DNA of 64,000 bases from an uncultured bacterium (GCA_937967455.1 CALCJK010000012.1:131422-195421); one strand, 5' to 3'. Positions 19,348-29,883 are shown, counted from the first letter of the stretch. Notes: generated by a model from the letters alone, not told the origin. Translations and numbers: made by a program.

Positions 19348-19927
19348 CAAACTCGAGAGAGATTTTTACCTGCAGGATACAATCGTAGTAGCAAAAGAAT
19401 TGCTGGGAAAATATTTTATCAGGAAATACAAAGGTAAATATCTCATTGGAAAAATTGTTGAAACTGAAGCTTATAGAGATGATGATCCTGCAAGCCATGC
19501 TTATAACGGACGGACTAGAAGGAATGAAGTAATGTTTTGGTTGGGTGGGCATTTATATGTTTACTTTACTTACGGAATGCATTATTGCTGTAATGTTGTA
19601 ACTGAAAGTGAGGGTAAAGGTTGTGCTGTGCTTATTCGCGCTGTTGAACCAATAGAAGGTCTAAGCACAATGATGAAATTGAGAAGTTTTAATAGCAGTT
19701 CCAAAATTTTTAATTTAACAAATGGACCTGCAAAATTATGTCAGGCGTTTGATATTACAAAAAAGAATAACGGGGATGATTTGTGTGGAGAAAAAATTTT
19801 CATTGTTGATTCAAAAATTGTTATTAAAAACAGTAAAATTGGTAAATCACAACGAATTGGTATAAAAGATGGTTTAGAAAAGAAGTGGAGATTCTACATA
19901 AAAAACTCGCCATGGGTATCTAAATAA
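19286..19927 (+). CDS. mpg: DNA-3-methyladenine glycosylase (AAG/Mpg family)
   Basis: The family N-terminal signature appears as ERDFYLQDTIVVAKELLGKYFI. Also GKIVETEAYRDDDPASHAY, RNEVMF and GHLYVYFTYGMHYCCNVV. Start is uncertain: the only in-frame ATG overlaps the upstream gene by 62 nt. Confidence 0.85.
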   Translation: MVVGLLKKKSKESFVSLIEGNKLERDFYLQDTIVVAKELLGKYFIRKYKGKYLIGKIVETEAYRDDDPASHAYNGRTRRNEVMFWLGGHLYVYFTYGMHYCCNVVTESEGKGCAVLIRAVEPIEGLSTMMKLRSFNSSSKIFNLTNGPAKLCQAFDITKKNNGDDLCGEKIFIVDSKIVIKNSKIGKSQRIGIKDGLEKKWRFYIKNSPWVSK

Positions 19928-19988
19928 ATCATTACCGAGGAAAGTAAACTTAACAAATACTTGATATCGAATAAATATTACATCAAAG

Positions 19989-20024
19989 AAACCGATTCCT
20001 TCGGTTGAAAGAATCGGTTTGCTT
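19989..20024. terminator. putative bidirectional intrinsic terminator between convergent mpg and ackA
   Basis: Perfect 10-bp stem AAACCGATTC / GAATCGGTTT with a 12-nt loop, and T-containing tracts on both strands. Confidence 0.55.
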
Positions 20025-20066
20025 TAATTGAAACTAATATAAAATTTGAATTTCAAAGATATAAGA

Positions 20067-21314
20067 TTACCATCTTCTTGGAACATTTTTTATGCATCTT
20101 ACTGTATCACGAGCTATTAAAAGCTCTTCATTTGTTGGTATTACGAAAATCTTTATTTTTGATTCGGGTTTGGAAATAATTCCTTCTTTACCTCCTGCAG
20201 TATTGGCGTTTAATTTTTCATCTAATAGAATACCGAACCATTCAAGTCCTTCACAAACTCTCTTTCTAATTTCTGCACTATTCTCACCAATTCCACCAGC
20301 AAAGGCAATCGCGTCAGTTTTTCCCATTATTGCTAGATATGCGCCAATATATTTTTTGACTCTTCTGCAGAATATATCGATTGCAAGTCGGGCTCTTCTA
20401 TCATCGTGTTCTTTTTCCTCCGCAATTAGATCTCTCATATCATTTGTAAGTCCTGACAATCCAAGCAATCCAGATTGTTTGTTTAACATAGCATCAATTT
20501 CATTTAAACTCATTCCTTCTTTGTGATGCAAGAATTCTATTATTGATGGATCCATGTCACCACCGCGAGTTCCCATTACTAATCCTTCAAGAGGTGTAAG
20601 TCCCATTGATGTATCAATAGATTCGCCACTTTGAATTGCACATGCAGAACAACCATTGCCCAAGTGTAAGGAAATGATGTTTACTTGTTCGCGTTCAAGT
20701 GCAGTAAGTTGTCTGTATCTATATGCAATATAACGGTGAGATGTTCCATGAAAACCATATCTTCTAATTTTATGGCGGCGATACAATTGATATGGTATAG
20801 CGTAAAGATATGATGTATCGGGCATAGTTGAGTGGAAAGCTGTATCGAAAACAGCTACTTGAGGTACACCAGGGCCAAGTAATTCTCTTGCTGCAAGAAT
20901 TCCTTTTATGTTAGCTGGGTTGTGAAGTGGTGCTAAATCGATGCAATCTTCAATGCCTTCAAGAACTTCATCATTGATAAGTGTCGACATTGTAAATTTT
21001 TCAGCTCCATGAACAACACGATGGCCAACTGCATGAATATCCGCAAGAGAATTTATACCATTAATTTTGGTTTCTGGAGATATTATCCATCTTAAAATAT
21101 AATCAAGTGCTGCACGGTGATCTCTTATTGGTGCAGCTTGTTTAATTTTCGGTTGACCTTCTACCTGTAAAGTAATTAAAGATTGACTTCCAATTCTTTC
21201 TAAATATCCACTTGCTAAGCGCCTATCTTCATTTTTTTCAATGAGCTCTAAATCTGTTCTTATGATCTGAAATTTTACTGAGGATGAACCGCAGTTGATT
21301 ACTAGAATATTCAT
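20067..21314 (-). CDS. ackA: acetate kinase
   Basis: MNILVINCGSSSVKFQ, HRVVHGAEKF, RYGFHGTSHRY and FAGGIGENS. Confidence 0.96.
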   Translation of the reverse strand: MNILVINCGSSSVKFQIIRTDLELIEKNEDRRLASGYLERIGSQSLITLQVEGQPKIKQAAPIRDHRAALDYILRWIISPETKINGINSLADIHAVGHRVVHGAEKFTMSTLINDEVLEGIEDCIDLAPLHNPANIKGILAARELLGPGVPQVAVFDTAFHSTMPDTSYLYAIPYQLYRRHKIRRYGFHGTSHRYIAYRYRQLTALEREQVNIISLHLGNGCSACAIQSGESIDTSMGLTPLEGLVMGTRGGDMDPSIIEFLHHKEGMSLNEIDAMLNKQSGLLGLSGLTNDMRDLIAEEKEHDDRRARLAIDIFCRRVKKYIGAYLAIMGKTDAIAFAGGIGENSAEIRKRVCEGLEWFGILLDEKLNANTAGGKEGIISKPESKIKIFVIPTNEELLIARDTVRCIKNVPRRW

Positions 21315-21395
21315 TTTTGCTCCATTAGTTAATTATTGGAAAGGAAATTCAAGTTTTGATGTGATAATATAAAGAAAAATTCGGTATAATGAAAA

Positions 21396-22784
21396 TTAAA
21401 ATGGTCGGCTAATTCTTATAAATACACTTGCAGCGGTTTTTCTATCTGTTTTCCAGGCAAAAGATAATCTGTACTTACCGTCTATAGAACCAACTCCGAA
21501 TCCATAATCACTCTTCAATGAATTTATTTTAAAATTTTGGAACCCACTTGTGAAGGATTCACTATTAGCAACTTTGCTTATAAACCCAGCATCATAAAAA
21601 AGGATTAAATTAAATTTATCAAGTAATGATAATGGAAATGTGGTTTCATCACTAAACATACTACCATTTACAATATACTCAAAGTTTGCTAGTAGTAAAC
21701 GATTTCCCTGAAACTCCTTATAACTATATGCAGGTAATGTTGCTATTCCACCCAGTTCAAATTTGTATTGTAAAGGCAAATCACCATGTGATGATGCAAT
21801 TCGTAGCCGAATGTTGATGTTATCATATTTGCTAATTGGTTGGTATCTTCTAATATCAATTATATATCTATTGAAATCATAATCTCCTTTGAGAGATTTT
21901 CCTGCGAATTCGGCACTCGTTGAGGCACTCCATCCAGCAAGGTGAAATTTTTTGTCATCTAATTTATGAATTGTGAATAAAAAAATCAGGCTTTTAACAT
22001 TCCCGTCTGAAATATCAGGATTCTCTCTAAATAATCTTTTTGAACGAAATAAAGACCAATTTACGTGCTTTTCTAATGTTGAATGATTATCATTATTAAA
22101 AGCAAATTTCATCTGGATATCAGTAATCTCTAAGCGTTTATTGTAACTTAACCAGGTTGAAAAACCTTTTCTTAGAAAGTAATCCTTATAATCATATTTA
22201 AATAACAGAGCACTTAATGAATTTTCGAGATTGCCAATTAACCAATGATCGCGTGAATCCACAGTATTGTGTGCTTCTATTCCAGCTTCAAAGAGATTAT
22301 TATTGGATTTTAATTGGTGTGCAAAGCCAATATTGTATTCCCATCTATGAATACCAAAACCATAACCAATTGATCCAAAAATTGTCAACTTTCTATCAAT
22401 GTCCCAGAAATATTGATGTGGGGATTGTAATCCGAGGAATAGTCCTTCAACACGATTGTATCTGAATAAAAACTTATCATCAAGGTTTTCTGGTATGAAG
22501 TATGCTGAATTATTACGAGGGACTTTTTTATTCCTGGGAAAGGCATAAGGGCTGTATTTCTCTTCCTTGTTAATTTCTAATTCATTGTTTAATTCAAAAT
22601 CTTCGCTTTCATCCTCATATATATCTGCGCCAAGTTCTTTCTCTATCTGTCGAAATACATCCTTTACAATTTTATCTACTCTGGTTTTAAGTTTATTATC
22701 TTTTTGTGAGGTAGAGTCCTGACTAATAAGTTGGTTATTATATGTGCTAAAGAAAAGCAAAAAGAAAAATATTATTGGCTTCAT
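21396..22784 (-). CDS. Omp85-superfamily (surface antigen D15-like) outer-membrane beta-barrel protein, no recognisable POTRA domains
   Basis: Signal peptide. The C-terminal barrel shows LILFYDAGF and DYGFGVGS and ends in Phe (ISRPF). The N-terminal ~130 aa are acidic and low-complexity. Confidence 0.5.
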   Translation of the reverse strand: MKPIIFFFLLFFSTYNNQLISQDSTSQKDNKLKTRVDKIVKDVFRQIEKELGADIYEDESEDFELNNELEINKEEKYSPYAFPRNKKVPRNNSAYFIPENLDDKFLFRYNRVEGLFLGLQSPHQYFWDIDRKLTIFGSIGYGFGIHRWEYNIGFAHQLKSNNNLFEAGIEAHNTVDSRDHWLIGNLENSLSALLFKYDYKDYFLRKGFSTWLSYNKRLEITDIQMKFAFNNDNHSTLEKHVNWSLFRSKRLFRENPDISDGNVKSLIFLFTIHKLDDKKFHLAGWSASTSAEFAGKSLKGDYDFNRYIIDIRRYQPISKYDNINIRLRIASSHGDLPLQYKFELGGIATLPAYSYKEFQGNRLLLANFEYIVNGSMFSDETTFPLSLLDKFNLILFYDAGFISKVANSESFTSGFQNFKINSLKSDYGFGVGSIDGKYRLSFAWKTDRKTAASVFIRISRPF

Positions 22785-22795
22785 AGTTTCAATTC

Positions 22796-24610
22796 CTAAT
22801 TTTCTTTATATAAGGTAATTCCCCAGAAGGCTGGGTCCTCAGGTGGATCATCATTCCATCTGTTATAAGAATGCGAATCATCAGATTTATATCTAAGTCG
22901 ATAAAACCCTTTATCAAGCAGTAAAGTTGTATTTACAATTCTATTTTTGCGGGACCCGCCTGCATGGAAAGTCATTGAGTAAGTCATTTCCCATATAACT
23001 TTGTTCGTACTGGCATCTTCAATCCAACCATAGTCATACATTTCGTTTCTGAAACCTTCTCCGATTGCATAAATTCTAACTTTGGTTGGTTCTTTTAACT
23101 CAAAATTTTCAGTTCTGTTTGCGTTATCTTTTACTTTAATAATTTGTGCAATTATGTTTTTACTTTTATCTTCTGAAAATTCTTCAATCCAATCCTTTTG
23201 AAAATTTTCCGTGGCAGAGTATAAAGTGATGCCATAGTTTTCTGGGTCATAAGGTGGTTCTGAGTTCCAATCATCATATGCATGAGAATCATCAGTTTTG
23301 TAAAATAAAATATAATCTCCAGCTGGTAGGTTGATAATTTCGTCGACCATTCGGTTTTTATTTGCACCACCAGCATGCGTTGTTTGGTCAACAGTCATTT
23401 CCCAGACTTTTTTGCGGGTGGAAGCATCAATAATCCAGCCATAATCGGCAAGTTGGCGACGAGAGGAATATCTTTCTCCAATAGCATAAACTCTTATATC
23501 CATATTCTTTTTAAGAGTAAACCCCTTACTTATAAGTTCATTGCTTCCAACTTTTGTTATTTGTGCAATAATTTGATTCTCATGTTCAAGCGTTACAAGT
23601 TGGAAATATTTCATATTTTCTAAATTTTTAGCCATCAAAGTAATTCCATAGTTAAGTGGATCGTATGGAGGTAAGTCATTCCAATCTGAATAAGAATGAG
23701 AGTCGTCTGTAAAATAATAAAGAATGTAAGTTCCTGGCTGGAATAATACTTCTCCGTTATAAATTTTATTTTTCTTTGCCCCTCCAGCACTTGATAAATT
23801 GGATAGTTTCATTTCCCAAATTCTTTTACGAGTTTTTGTATCAATTATGTATCCATAATCAGCAAATTTCTCAGATGAAGTCACTTCTCCAATAGCATAG
23901 ATATGTATTGTTATCGGATTTGTAATTTTAAAAGCTTGTTTTATTCTTTCATTGTCACCTAATTCAATTGCTTGATAAAGTACATTTTGGAACTCGACAG
24001 GTGGCTGAAACAAAAAAGTTGGAGTTTTTTCATCTATATAAATTTCTACACCAAAATTTTTTGCAATCTGTTTAAATTCCTTTTTAATGTCTCCACCAAA
24101 CCAGTCATCAAGTAAATCATAAAAGAAACCTCTTCTAACTCCCCAGTCAATTGGTTCGCCTTCGTTTCTATGATCGATATTGGTTTCAACTTGAATAAAT
24201 GTTGAAGAATAACGGAAGATAGGGCAGGTGAAGTAAACTTCGTATGAACCTGCTGGTAATTTTAGATAGTCATCGTATTTTAGATATTTACCACTTTTAG
24301 TTGTATTGAACTTGTTCATATCCCAAATTTTTTCACGAGTATCTGAGTTGATAATCCAGCAATATGCAAAAGGGTTATGTTCTTTTGTTTGCCTATCTGA
24401 TGAGCCCCCTTTTGCTTTTATATGAATTGTAAAATTTTCTGGTGATGAAAATCCACCTGATTTTAATTCAGTGTTTGTGAAGTTTTTTAGTTCAATTATT
24501 AATTTTTCCTGAGAAAAAATAAAATTGGGCTTTAAGAAAGGAATGAGAAATAGAAGAGTTAATTTAGTAATAATCAGTTTTTGAAAATATTTAAAAATTT
24601 GTTTTACCAT
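22796..24610 (-). CDS. secreted protein built from four tandem ~130-aa repeats of an unrecognised domain
   Basis: N-terminal hydrophobic signal. Three copies share DYG(W/Y)I.D..T.K.(I/V)WEM...AGG..KN...(L/F).(A/P/K)G.Y.L.Y..DDSH(S/A)Y..WN..PP.DP..(Y/W)GITL, preceded by one degenerate N-terminal copy. Confidence 0.6.
   Translation of the reverse strand: MVKQIFKYFQKLIITKLTLLFLIPFLKPNFIFSQEKLIIELKNFTNTELKSGGFSSPENFTIHIKAKGGSSDRQTKEHNPFAYCWIINSDTREKIWDMNKFNTTKSGKYLKYDDYLKLPAGSYEVYFTCPIFRYSSTFIQVETNIDHRNEGEPIDWGVRRGFFYDLLDDWFGGDIKKEFKQIAKNFGVEIYIDEKTPTFLFQPPVEFQNVLYQAIELGDNERIKQAFKITNPITIHIYAIGEVTSSEKFADYGYIIDTKTRKRIWEMKLSNLSSAGGAKKNKIYNGEVLFQPGTYILYYFTDDSHSYSDWNDLPPYDPLNYGITLMAKNLENMKYFQLVTLEHENQIIAQITKVGSNELISKGFTLKKNMDIRVYAIGERYSSRRQLADYGWIIDASTRKKVWEMTVDQTTHAGGANKNRMVDEIINLPAGDYILFYKTDDSHAYDDWNSEPPYDPENYGITLYSATENFQKDWIEEFSEDKSKNIIAQIIKVKDNANRTENFELKEPTKVRIYAIGEGFRNEMYDYGWIEDASTNKVIWEMTYSMTFHAGGSRKNRIVNTTLLLDKGFYRLRYKSDDSHSYNRWNDDPPEDPAFWGITLYKEN
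22799..23998 (-). repeat. three well-conserved tandem coding repeats (~390-400 nt each) within the repeat-protein gene
   Basis: Similarity is visible at DNA level on the + strand, for example around 22851-22890, 23261-23300 and 23671-23710 (ccaatc..ata.gaatg.gaatc.tc). Confidence 0.6.
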
Positions 24611-24672
24611 ACTAAATAATATTCTTTAAGCCATTTTACGAATAAGCAAGGTAATAGTTTCAAATAAAAATG

Positions 24673-24709
24673 AAAAGCCCCCCAATTTTATGTAAAAAGG
24701 GGGGCTTTT
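24673..24709 (-). terminator. intrinsic terminator downstream of icd
   Basis: 11-bp GC-rich stem AAAAGCCCCCC / GGGGGGCTTTT. On the minus strand it is followed by a T-rich tract, 17 nt after the icd stop. Confidence 0.8.
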
Positions 24710-24725
24710 AATCAATTATTGCTAA

Positions 24726-25976
24726 TTACATATTGCTTATGATAGCATCTCCGAATTCAGAGCATTTGACTTCTTTTGCACCTTCCATTAAACGTGCAAA
24801 ATCATAAGTTACAATCTTAGATTTTATTGTAGTTTCAAGTCCTTTTATAATCAGATCCGCCGCTTCAGTCCAACCCATGTAACGTAACATCATTTCACCG
24901 CTTAAGATTAGAGAACCTGGATTGACTTTGTCCTGTCCTGCATATTTTGGAGCTGTACCATGAGTTGCTTCAAACATTGCGTATCCGTTATCAAAGTTGA
25001 TATTTCCACCTGGAGCGATTCCAATACCACCAACTTGAGCTGCAAGTGCATCAGAAATATAATCACCATTCAAGTTGAGGGTTGCTATTACATCAAACTC
25101 GTTTGGTCTGGTGAGAATTTGTTGTAAGAAAGCGTCAGCGATTGCATCTTTTACAAGTAATTTACTACCTGGATTTCCACCACAATCATCCCAACTTATT
25201 GCAACATCCGAAAATTCTTCTCGTACTAGTTCGTAACCCCATTCTCTAAAACCACCTTCAGTGAATTTCTGAATATTACCTTTGTGAACTATTGTAACGG
25301 ATTTGCGGTTGTTTTTTAGGGCATAATTAATTGCTGCTCTAATTAAACGTTTTGATCCTTCGATAGAAACTGGTTTTATACCGATGCTGGAAGTTTCTGG
25401 AAATCTAATTTTTTTGACACCCATTTCTTTTTGCAGAAAGTCGATTACTTTTTTCACTTCTGGAGTTCCAGCTTTCCATTCAATCCCTGCATAGATATCT
25501 TCTGTATTTTCTCTGAAGATTACCATATCAACCAGTTCTGGATGTTTTACTGGAGAAGGTACACCGTGGAAATATCTAACAGGTCTCAAGCAAACATATA
25601 AATCCAGTAGTTGTCTTAAAGAAACATTAATTGATCTGAAACCTCCGCCAATAGGTGTTGTTAATGGGCCTTTAATTCCGATAATGTGTTCTTTGATTGC
25701 TTCAAGTGTATCATCTGGGAGCCAGGTGTTTGGGCCATATACTTGATTTGATTTTTCACCTGCATAGACTTCAAACCATACAATTTTTCTTTTACCACCG
25801 TAAGCTTTTTTTACTGCTGCATCGAAAACTCGTACAGCCGCATTCCAGATATCTGGTCCAGTTCCATCACCTTCAATGAAAGGAATAATAGGATTGTCAG
25901 GAACATTTAACTTTCCATTTGTAACAGTAATTTTTTGTCCTTCTTTTGGAGTCACTAATTTTTGATAATTTGCCAT
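24726..25976 (-). CDS. icd: isocitrate dehydrogenase (NADP-dependent, prokaryotic homodimeric type)
   Basis: [55 protein letters not shown] and HGTAPKYAG. Confidence 0.96.
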   Translation of the reverse strand: MANYQKLVTPKEGQKITVTNGKLNVPDNPIIPFIEGDGTGPDIWNAAVRVFDAAVKKAYGGKRKIVWFEVYAGEKSNQVYGPNTWLPDDTLEAIKEHIIGIKGPLTTPIGGGFRSINVSLRQLLDLYVCLRPVRYFHGVPSPVKHPELVDMVIFRENTEDIYAGIEWKAGTPEVKKVIDFLQKEMGVKKIRFPETSSIGIKPVSIEGSKRLIRAAINYALKNNRKSVTIVHKGNIQKFTEGGFREWGYELVREEFSDVAISWDDCGGNPGSKLLVKDAIADAFLQQILTRPNEFDVIATLNLNGDYISDALAAQVGGIGIAPGGNINFDNGYAMFEATHGTAPKYAGQDKVNPGSLILSGEMMLRYMGWTEAADLIIKGLETTIKSKIVTYDFARLMEGAKEVKCSEFGDAIISNM

Positions 25977-25992
25977 AATTTTTCCTCGTTAA

Positions 25993-28074
25993 TTATTTTA
26001 TTTTTTTTCGTGCAATATTTAACATACCGCCAACAAAAAGTATTTCTTTCTGACGATCTGTAAGATCATAATCTAATTTAATTTCAGTATTTTTTGTAAT
26101 GTTTTTTAAAGTTAACTGACCTTTTTGTCCTCCGGATTTTAGTTGTGCTTTAATATTTTCCAGAATAAGTTCATCTCCAAAATCAATATTATTGTAATCA
26201 TTTGGATCGGAGAAAGTTAATGGTAAAATCCCAAAATTTATTAAGTTTGATCTGTGGATGCGGTTAAATATTTTGGTTATTACAACTTTAACTCCGAGAT
26301 ATCTTGGTGCAAGTGCTGCGTGTTCACGGCTAGAACCCTGTCCGTAATTATCACCACCTATCACAAATCCACCACCCCATTCTTTAGCTCTTTTTGGGAA
26401 ATCAGGATCAATTCTTGTAAAGGTAAATTCGGAAATTGCTGGAATATTTGATCTCAATGGTAATACTTTTGCACCAGCTGGCGAAATATGATCAGTGGAA
26501 ATATTATCTCCAGCTTTTAAAAGGACCTTACCTCTAATTGTATCTGGCATCTCGTCAAATTGTGGAATAGGTTTGATATTTGGTCCTCTGATAACTTCAA
26601 TTTTTTCTGGTTCATTTGATGGTGGTAGGATCATTGAGTCGTTGATTATGTATTTTTCTGGTTCTTCACGGTTGAGTGGTTGGATATTATAAAGTTTTGC
26701 GACTTCACGTGGATCAGCAATTCTGCCCATAATTGCTGTAGCAGTTGCTGTTTCAGGTGATGATAAATAAACTTTAGCATCTATTGTTCCGCTTCTACCT
26801 TCAAAATTTCGATTAAAAGAGCGCACTGATACAGAACCGCTTGGTGGTGCCTGTCCCATTCCAATACAAGGTCCACAAGCAGATTCAAGAATACGAGCAC
26901 CTGAAGCAATAATCTCAGCAAGTTCCCCGTTGCGTGCAATCATTTCAAAAACCTGACGTGAGCCAGGAGTTAATGTAAATGAAGTTTCAGGATGCACAGT
27001 TCTGCCTTTCAGCATATGAGCAGCTACTTTTAGGTCAAAATAACTTGAATTAGTGCAAGAACCTATACAAGCCTGTGCAGTTTTTATATTTTGTTTTGCA
27101 AGCTCACTTACTTTTGTAACATTATCGGGTGAATGTGGCTGAGCAATTAGTGGTTCAAGCTTATCGAGATCAATTATGAGTCCATCAAATTCAACTTTGA
27201 CAAAACCTGCTTCATCTGGTTTACTTATCGACAAGTTTTCAGCACCAGCTTCTTGAAGAGCGGCAATTGCTCTAGCATCTTTTTCTATATGTAGTCGGAT
27301 ATCACATCTGTCATATTTTGCATCATCATCTGCTTTTAAATTTTTCCAGACATTTCCTCTGCCTTGTGCTTCAAGATATTTTTTTGTAATCTTATCACTG
27401 GGAAAAATTGAAGTTGTTGCACCCAGCTCTGCTCCCATATTTGTAATTGTGAATCTGTCTCCAATTGTTAGCGATTCTACACCTGGTCCGTAGTATTCAA
27501 TTATTTTATTAATTCCACCTTTACATGTTAAACGTCTGAGTAGTTCGAGAATTACATCTTTGCCAGAAACCCAGGGTTGGAGTCTACCGATAAGTTTTAC
27601 ACCTAAAATTTTTGGCATTGATAAAACATATGGTTCTCCAGCCATTGCAAGAGCTATATCCAAGCCTCCTGCACCAATAGCTAACATACCAAGCCCACCA
27701 TTGGTTGGTGTGTGTGAATCTGAACCAATTAGTGTTTCTCCTGGTACACCAAATCTTTCCCTGTGGACTTGATGACAAATTCCATTCCCAGGTCGTGAAA
27801 AATAAATTCCATATTTTGAAGCAACCGTTTGTAAATAAATATGATCATCGGCATTTTTAAAATCCTCTTGTAACATATTGTGGTCTACATAACTGACTGA
27901 TAATTTTGTTCGTACTCTGGGGACCCCCATTGCTTCAAATTGGAGGTAGGTTACGGTTCCTGTAGCATCCTGAGTTAATGTTTGATCAATTCGAATTGCA
28001 ATCTCTGAACCAGCTTCCATCTTTCCAGACACAAGATGCTCACTGATGATTTTTTGTGATAAATTCATAGTCAT
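25993..28074 (-). CDS. acn: aconitate hydratase
   Basis: Fe-S ligand contexts GSDSHT, GSCTNSS and CGPCIGMG, plus a swivel domain (GDNYGQGSSREHAA). The start is set at ATG 28074, which has GGAGGA 5 nt upstream; the ORF-track start at 28140 adds 22 aa with no RBS. Confidence 0.9.
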   Translation of the reverse strand: MTMNLSQKIISEHLVSGKMEAGSEIAIRIDQTLTQDATGTVTYLQFEAMGVPRVRTKLSVSYVDHNMLQEDFKNADDHIYLQTVASKYGIYFSRPGNGICHQVHRERFGVPGETLIGSDSHTPTNGGLGMLAIGAGGLDIALAMAGEPYVLSMPKILGVKLIGRLQPWVSGKDVILELLRRLTCKGGINKIIEYYGPGVESLTIGDRFTITNMGAELGATTSIFPSDKITKKYLEAQGRGNVWKNLKADDDAKYDRCDIRLHIEKDARAIAALQEAGAENLSISKPDEAGFVKVEFDGLIIDLDKLEPLIAQPHSPDNVTKVSELAKQNIKTAQACIGSCTNSSYFDLKVAAHMLKGRTVHPETSFTLTPGSRQVFEMIARNGELAEIIASGARILESACGPCIGMGQAPPSGSVSVRSFNRNFEGRSGTIDAKVYLSSPETATATAIMGRIADPREVAKLYNIQPLNREEPEKYIINDSMILPPSNEPEKIEVIRGPNIKPIPQFDEMPDTIRGKVLLKAGDNISTDHISPAGAKVLPLRSNIPAISEFTFTRIDPDFPKRAKEWGGGFVIGGDNYGQGSSREHAALAPRYLGVKVVITKIFNRIHRSNLINFGILPLTFSDPNDYNNIDFGDELILENIKAQLKSGGQKGQLTLKNITKNTEIKLDYDLTDRQKEILFVGGMLNIARKKIK

Positions 28075-28267
28075 ATTTCCTCCTAGGAAATTAATTAAAG
28101 AATGAGTAGATATCATTTTATTGCTATTTGAATTATACAAAATTTTTTCTTTAAATGCAACGAGCTGAAATTAAAAATATGTGAAGTTTAAAGTTTGTTT
28201 ATCAAATTACATATAATTATATTTAACAAAAATTACTTATTTTAAACATAATTTTTAAGGAGATTAA

Positions 28268-29467
28268 ATGAAAAACACTATCTTAACTCTGATGCTTGTT
28301 TTTGTTATTTCGAGCTTTTTATTTACTGGATATCAATGTAGCACCGCAGAAATGACAAGTGCAAAACTTTATATTCAGAGATCTGAGTGGGAAAATGCAA
28401 AAGTGCAACTTCAAAAAGAATTAGAAAAACATCCAGAAAATGCTGAAGCATGGTATTTACTAGGTAGAATTCACTTCGAGCAGAAAAATTATTCAGATAT
28501 GTTAAGTGCCTTTAAGAATTCTTTAAAGCAGAGCAACCAATTCAAATCGGAAATTGACAAGGTATTGTTGAGTGTTTGGGCAAATAATCTAAACAAAGGT
28601 GTTGATCATTATAACGAAGCCATTCGTTCAGCTAACGATAGTTCGATAGTTCATTTTAATAAAGCTATCGATTATCTAAAAACTTCTATTATGGTTATGC
28701 CTGATAGCTTTCCTGGATACAGAATTCTTGCTTTAACTTATTATGGTATGAAAGATAAAGATAATGCAATTATTTATCTTAAACAGGCACTTGAAAGACA
28801 AAATGATGTTCAACTTGGCAGAATTTTAGCAGGCATATATTATGAAAGGGCAGTTGCTGCAAAAAATGATGCAGTAAATTTAGAAGGCGACGCGAAAGCA
28901 AAAGCTCTCGAAGTAGCAAATAAAAATTTTGATGAAGCAATTAAAGTTGTTGAAAATGCATTAAAAGTTGCACCACAGGATCCGAATTTGCTTGCAATCC
29001 TTAATGATTCCTATATTGGATCTGGAAGGACACAGGAAGCAATGGAGTCGTACCAGAAGGCAATTGTCGCTGATCCAAATAATAAATTTGTTCATTATAA
29101 TTATGGGGTATTACTACTCAAGAATTTAAATTTTGAGGAAGCTGCCGAACAATTTGAGGCTGCGATAAAATTGGATGATAAATTCTCAGATGCTCTTTAT
29201 AATCTCAGTGCAACTTATATGCAATGGGGCGCAAAGATGAAAGAAAAAGCTGAAGAAGAAGTTAAAAACGATAAGACTAAGCCAATTAATAAGGCATACG
29301 AAGAAAAATTTAGAAAAGCAAAATATTATTTAGAAAAATTAGTTGAAATTTCTCCGAACGATATTGCTGCTTGGGAAACACTTGGAATGGCAAATACAAT
29401 TTTAAATTTCCCAAAAGAAGCTAAAGAAGCTTTCGACAAAGCTGATAGCTTGAGGAAAGCAAAATAA
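28268..29467 (+). CDS. tetratricopeptide-repeat (TPR) lipoprotein
   Basis: Signal peptide with Cys (FTGYQC). Repeated A..Y..LG/A...Y..A 34-aa TPR-like units run throughout. Confidence 0.75.
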   Translation: MKNTILTLMLVFVISSFLFTGYQCSTAEMTSAKLYIQRSEWENAKVQLQKELEKHPENAEAWYLLGRIHFEQKNYSDMLSAFKNSLKQSNQFKSEIDKVLLSVWANNLNKGVDHYNEAIRSANDSSIVHFNKAIDYLKTSIMVMPDSFPGYRILALTYYGMKDKDNAIIYLKQALERQNDVQLGRILAGIYYERAVAAKNDAVNLEGDAKAKALEVANKNFDEAIKVVENALKVAPQDPNLLAILNDSYIGSGRTQEAMESYQKAIVADPNNKFVHYNYGVLLLKNLNFEEAAEQFEAAIKLDDKFSDALYNLSATYMQWGAKMKEKAEEEVKNDKTKPINKAYEEKFRKAKYYLEKLVEISPNDIAAWETLGMANTILNFPKEAKEAFDKADSLRKAK

Positions 29468-29477
29468 TTTATTAGAT

Positions 29478-29510
29478 AAACCCCGACTTTGAAATTGGTC
29501 GGGGTTTTTC
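29478..29510 (+). terminator. intrinsic terminator after the TPR gene
   Basis: Stem AAACCCCGAC / GTCGGGGTTT with a 10-nt loop, followed by a T run. Confidence 0.8.
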
Positions 29511-29549
29511 GATTACAAAAATAAAGTTATAAAGAAAGGAAGTGTTTTC

Positions 29550-29873
29550 ATGACAAATCAACCCCAACAACAGCAAATAAATATTGAACTCGGTGAAAAA
29601 GAAGCTGAAGGTATTTATTCAAACTTGGCAATAATTACTCACTCACCTGCAGAATTTGTAGTTGATTTTACTCGTGTTTTACCTGGAATTCCAAAAGCTA
29701 AGGTTCATGCTAGAATTATTATGACACCACAACACGCAAAATTGTTGCTTAAAGCACTCGAAGATAATATCGATAAATTTGAGAAACGTTTTGGAGAAAT
29801 AAAAATCCAGGGTGAACCAAGTCAAGGTGGCTTTGGTTTTCAACCTCCTGAGTCGGGTACTAAAGTTCATTAA
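29550..29873 (+). CDS. DUF3467-domain protein
   Basis: The pattern GIYSNLAIITHSPAEFVVDF..V.P....KVHARIIMTPQHAKLLLKAL matches my memory of DUF3467. Confidence 0.6.
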   Translation: MTNQPQQQQINIELGEKEAEGIYSNLAIITHSPAEFVVDFTRVLPGIPKAKVHARIIMTPQHAKLLLKALEDNIDKFEKRFGEIKIQGEPSQGGFGFQPPESGTKVH

Positions 29874-29883
29874 AATAATTTGA

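Noticed and set aside
28075-28140. 22-aa N-terminal extension of aconitase from the ORF-track start
   Set aside because: The extension (MYNSNSNKMISTHSLINFLGGN) contains the GGAGGA ribosome-binding site that serves the ATG at 28074, and aconitase homology begins after that ATG.
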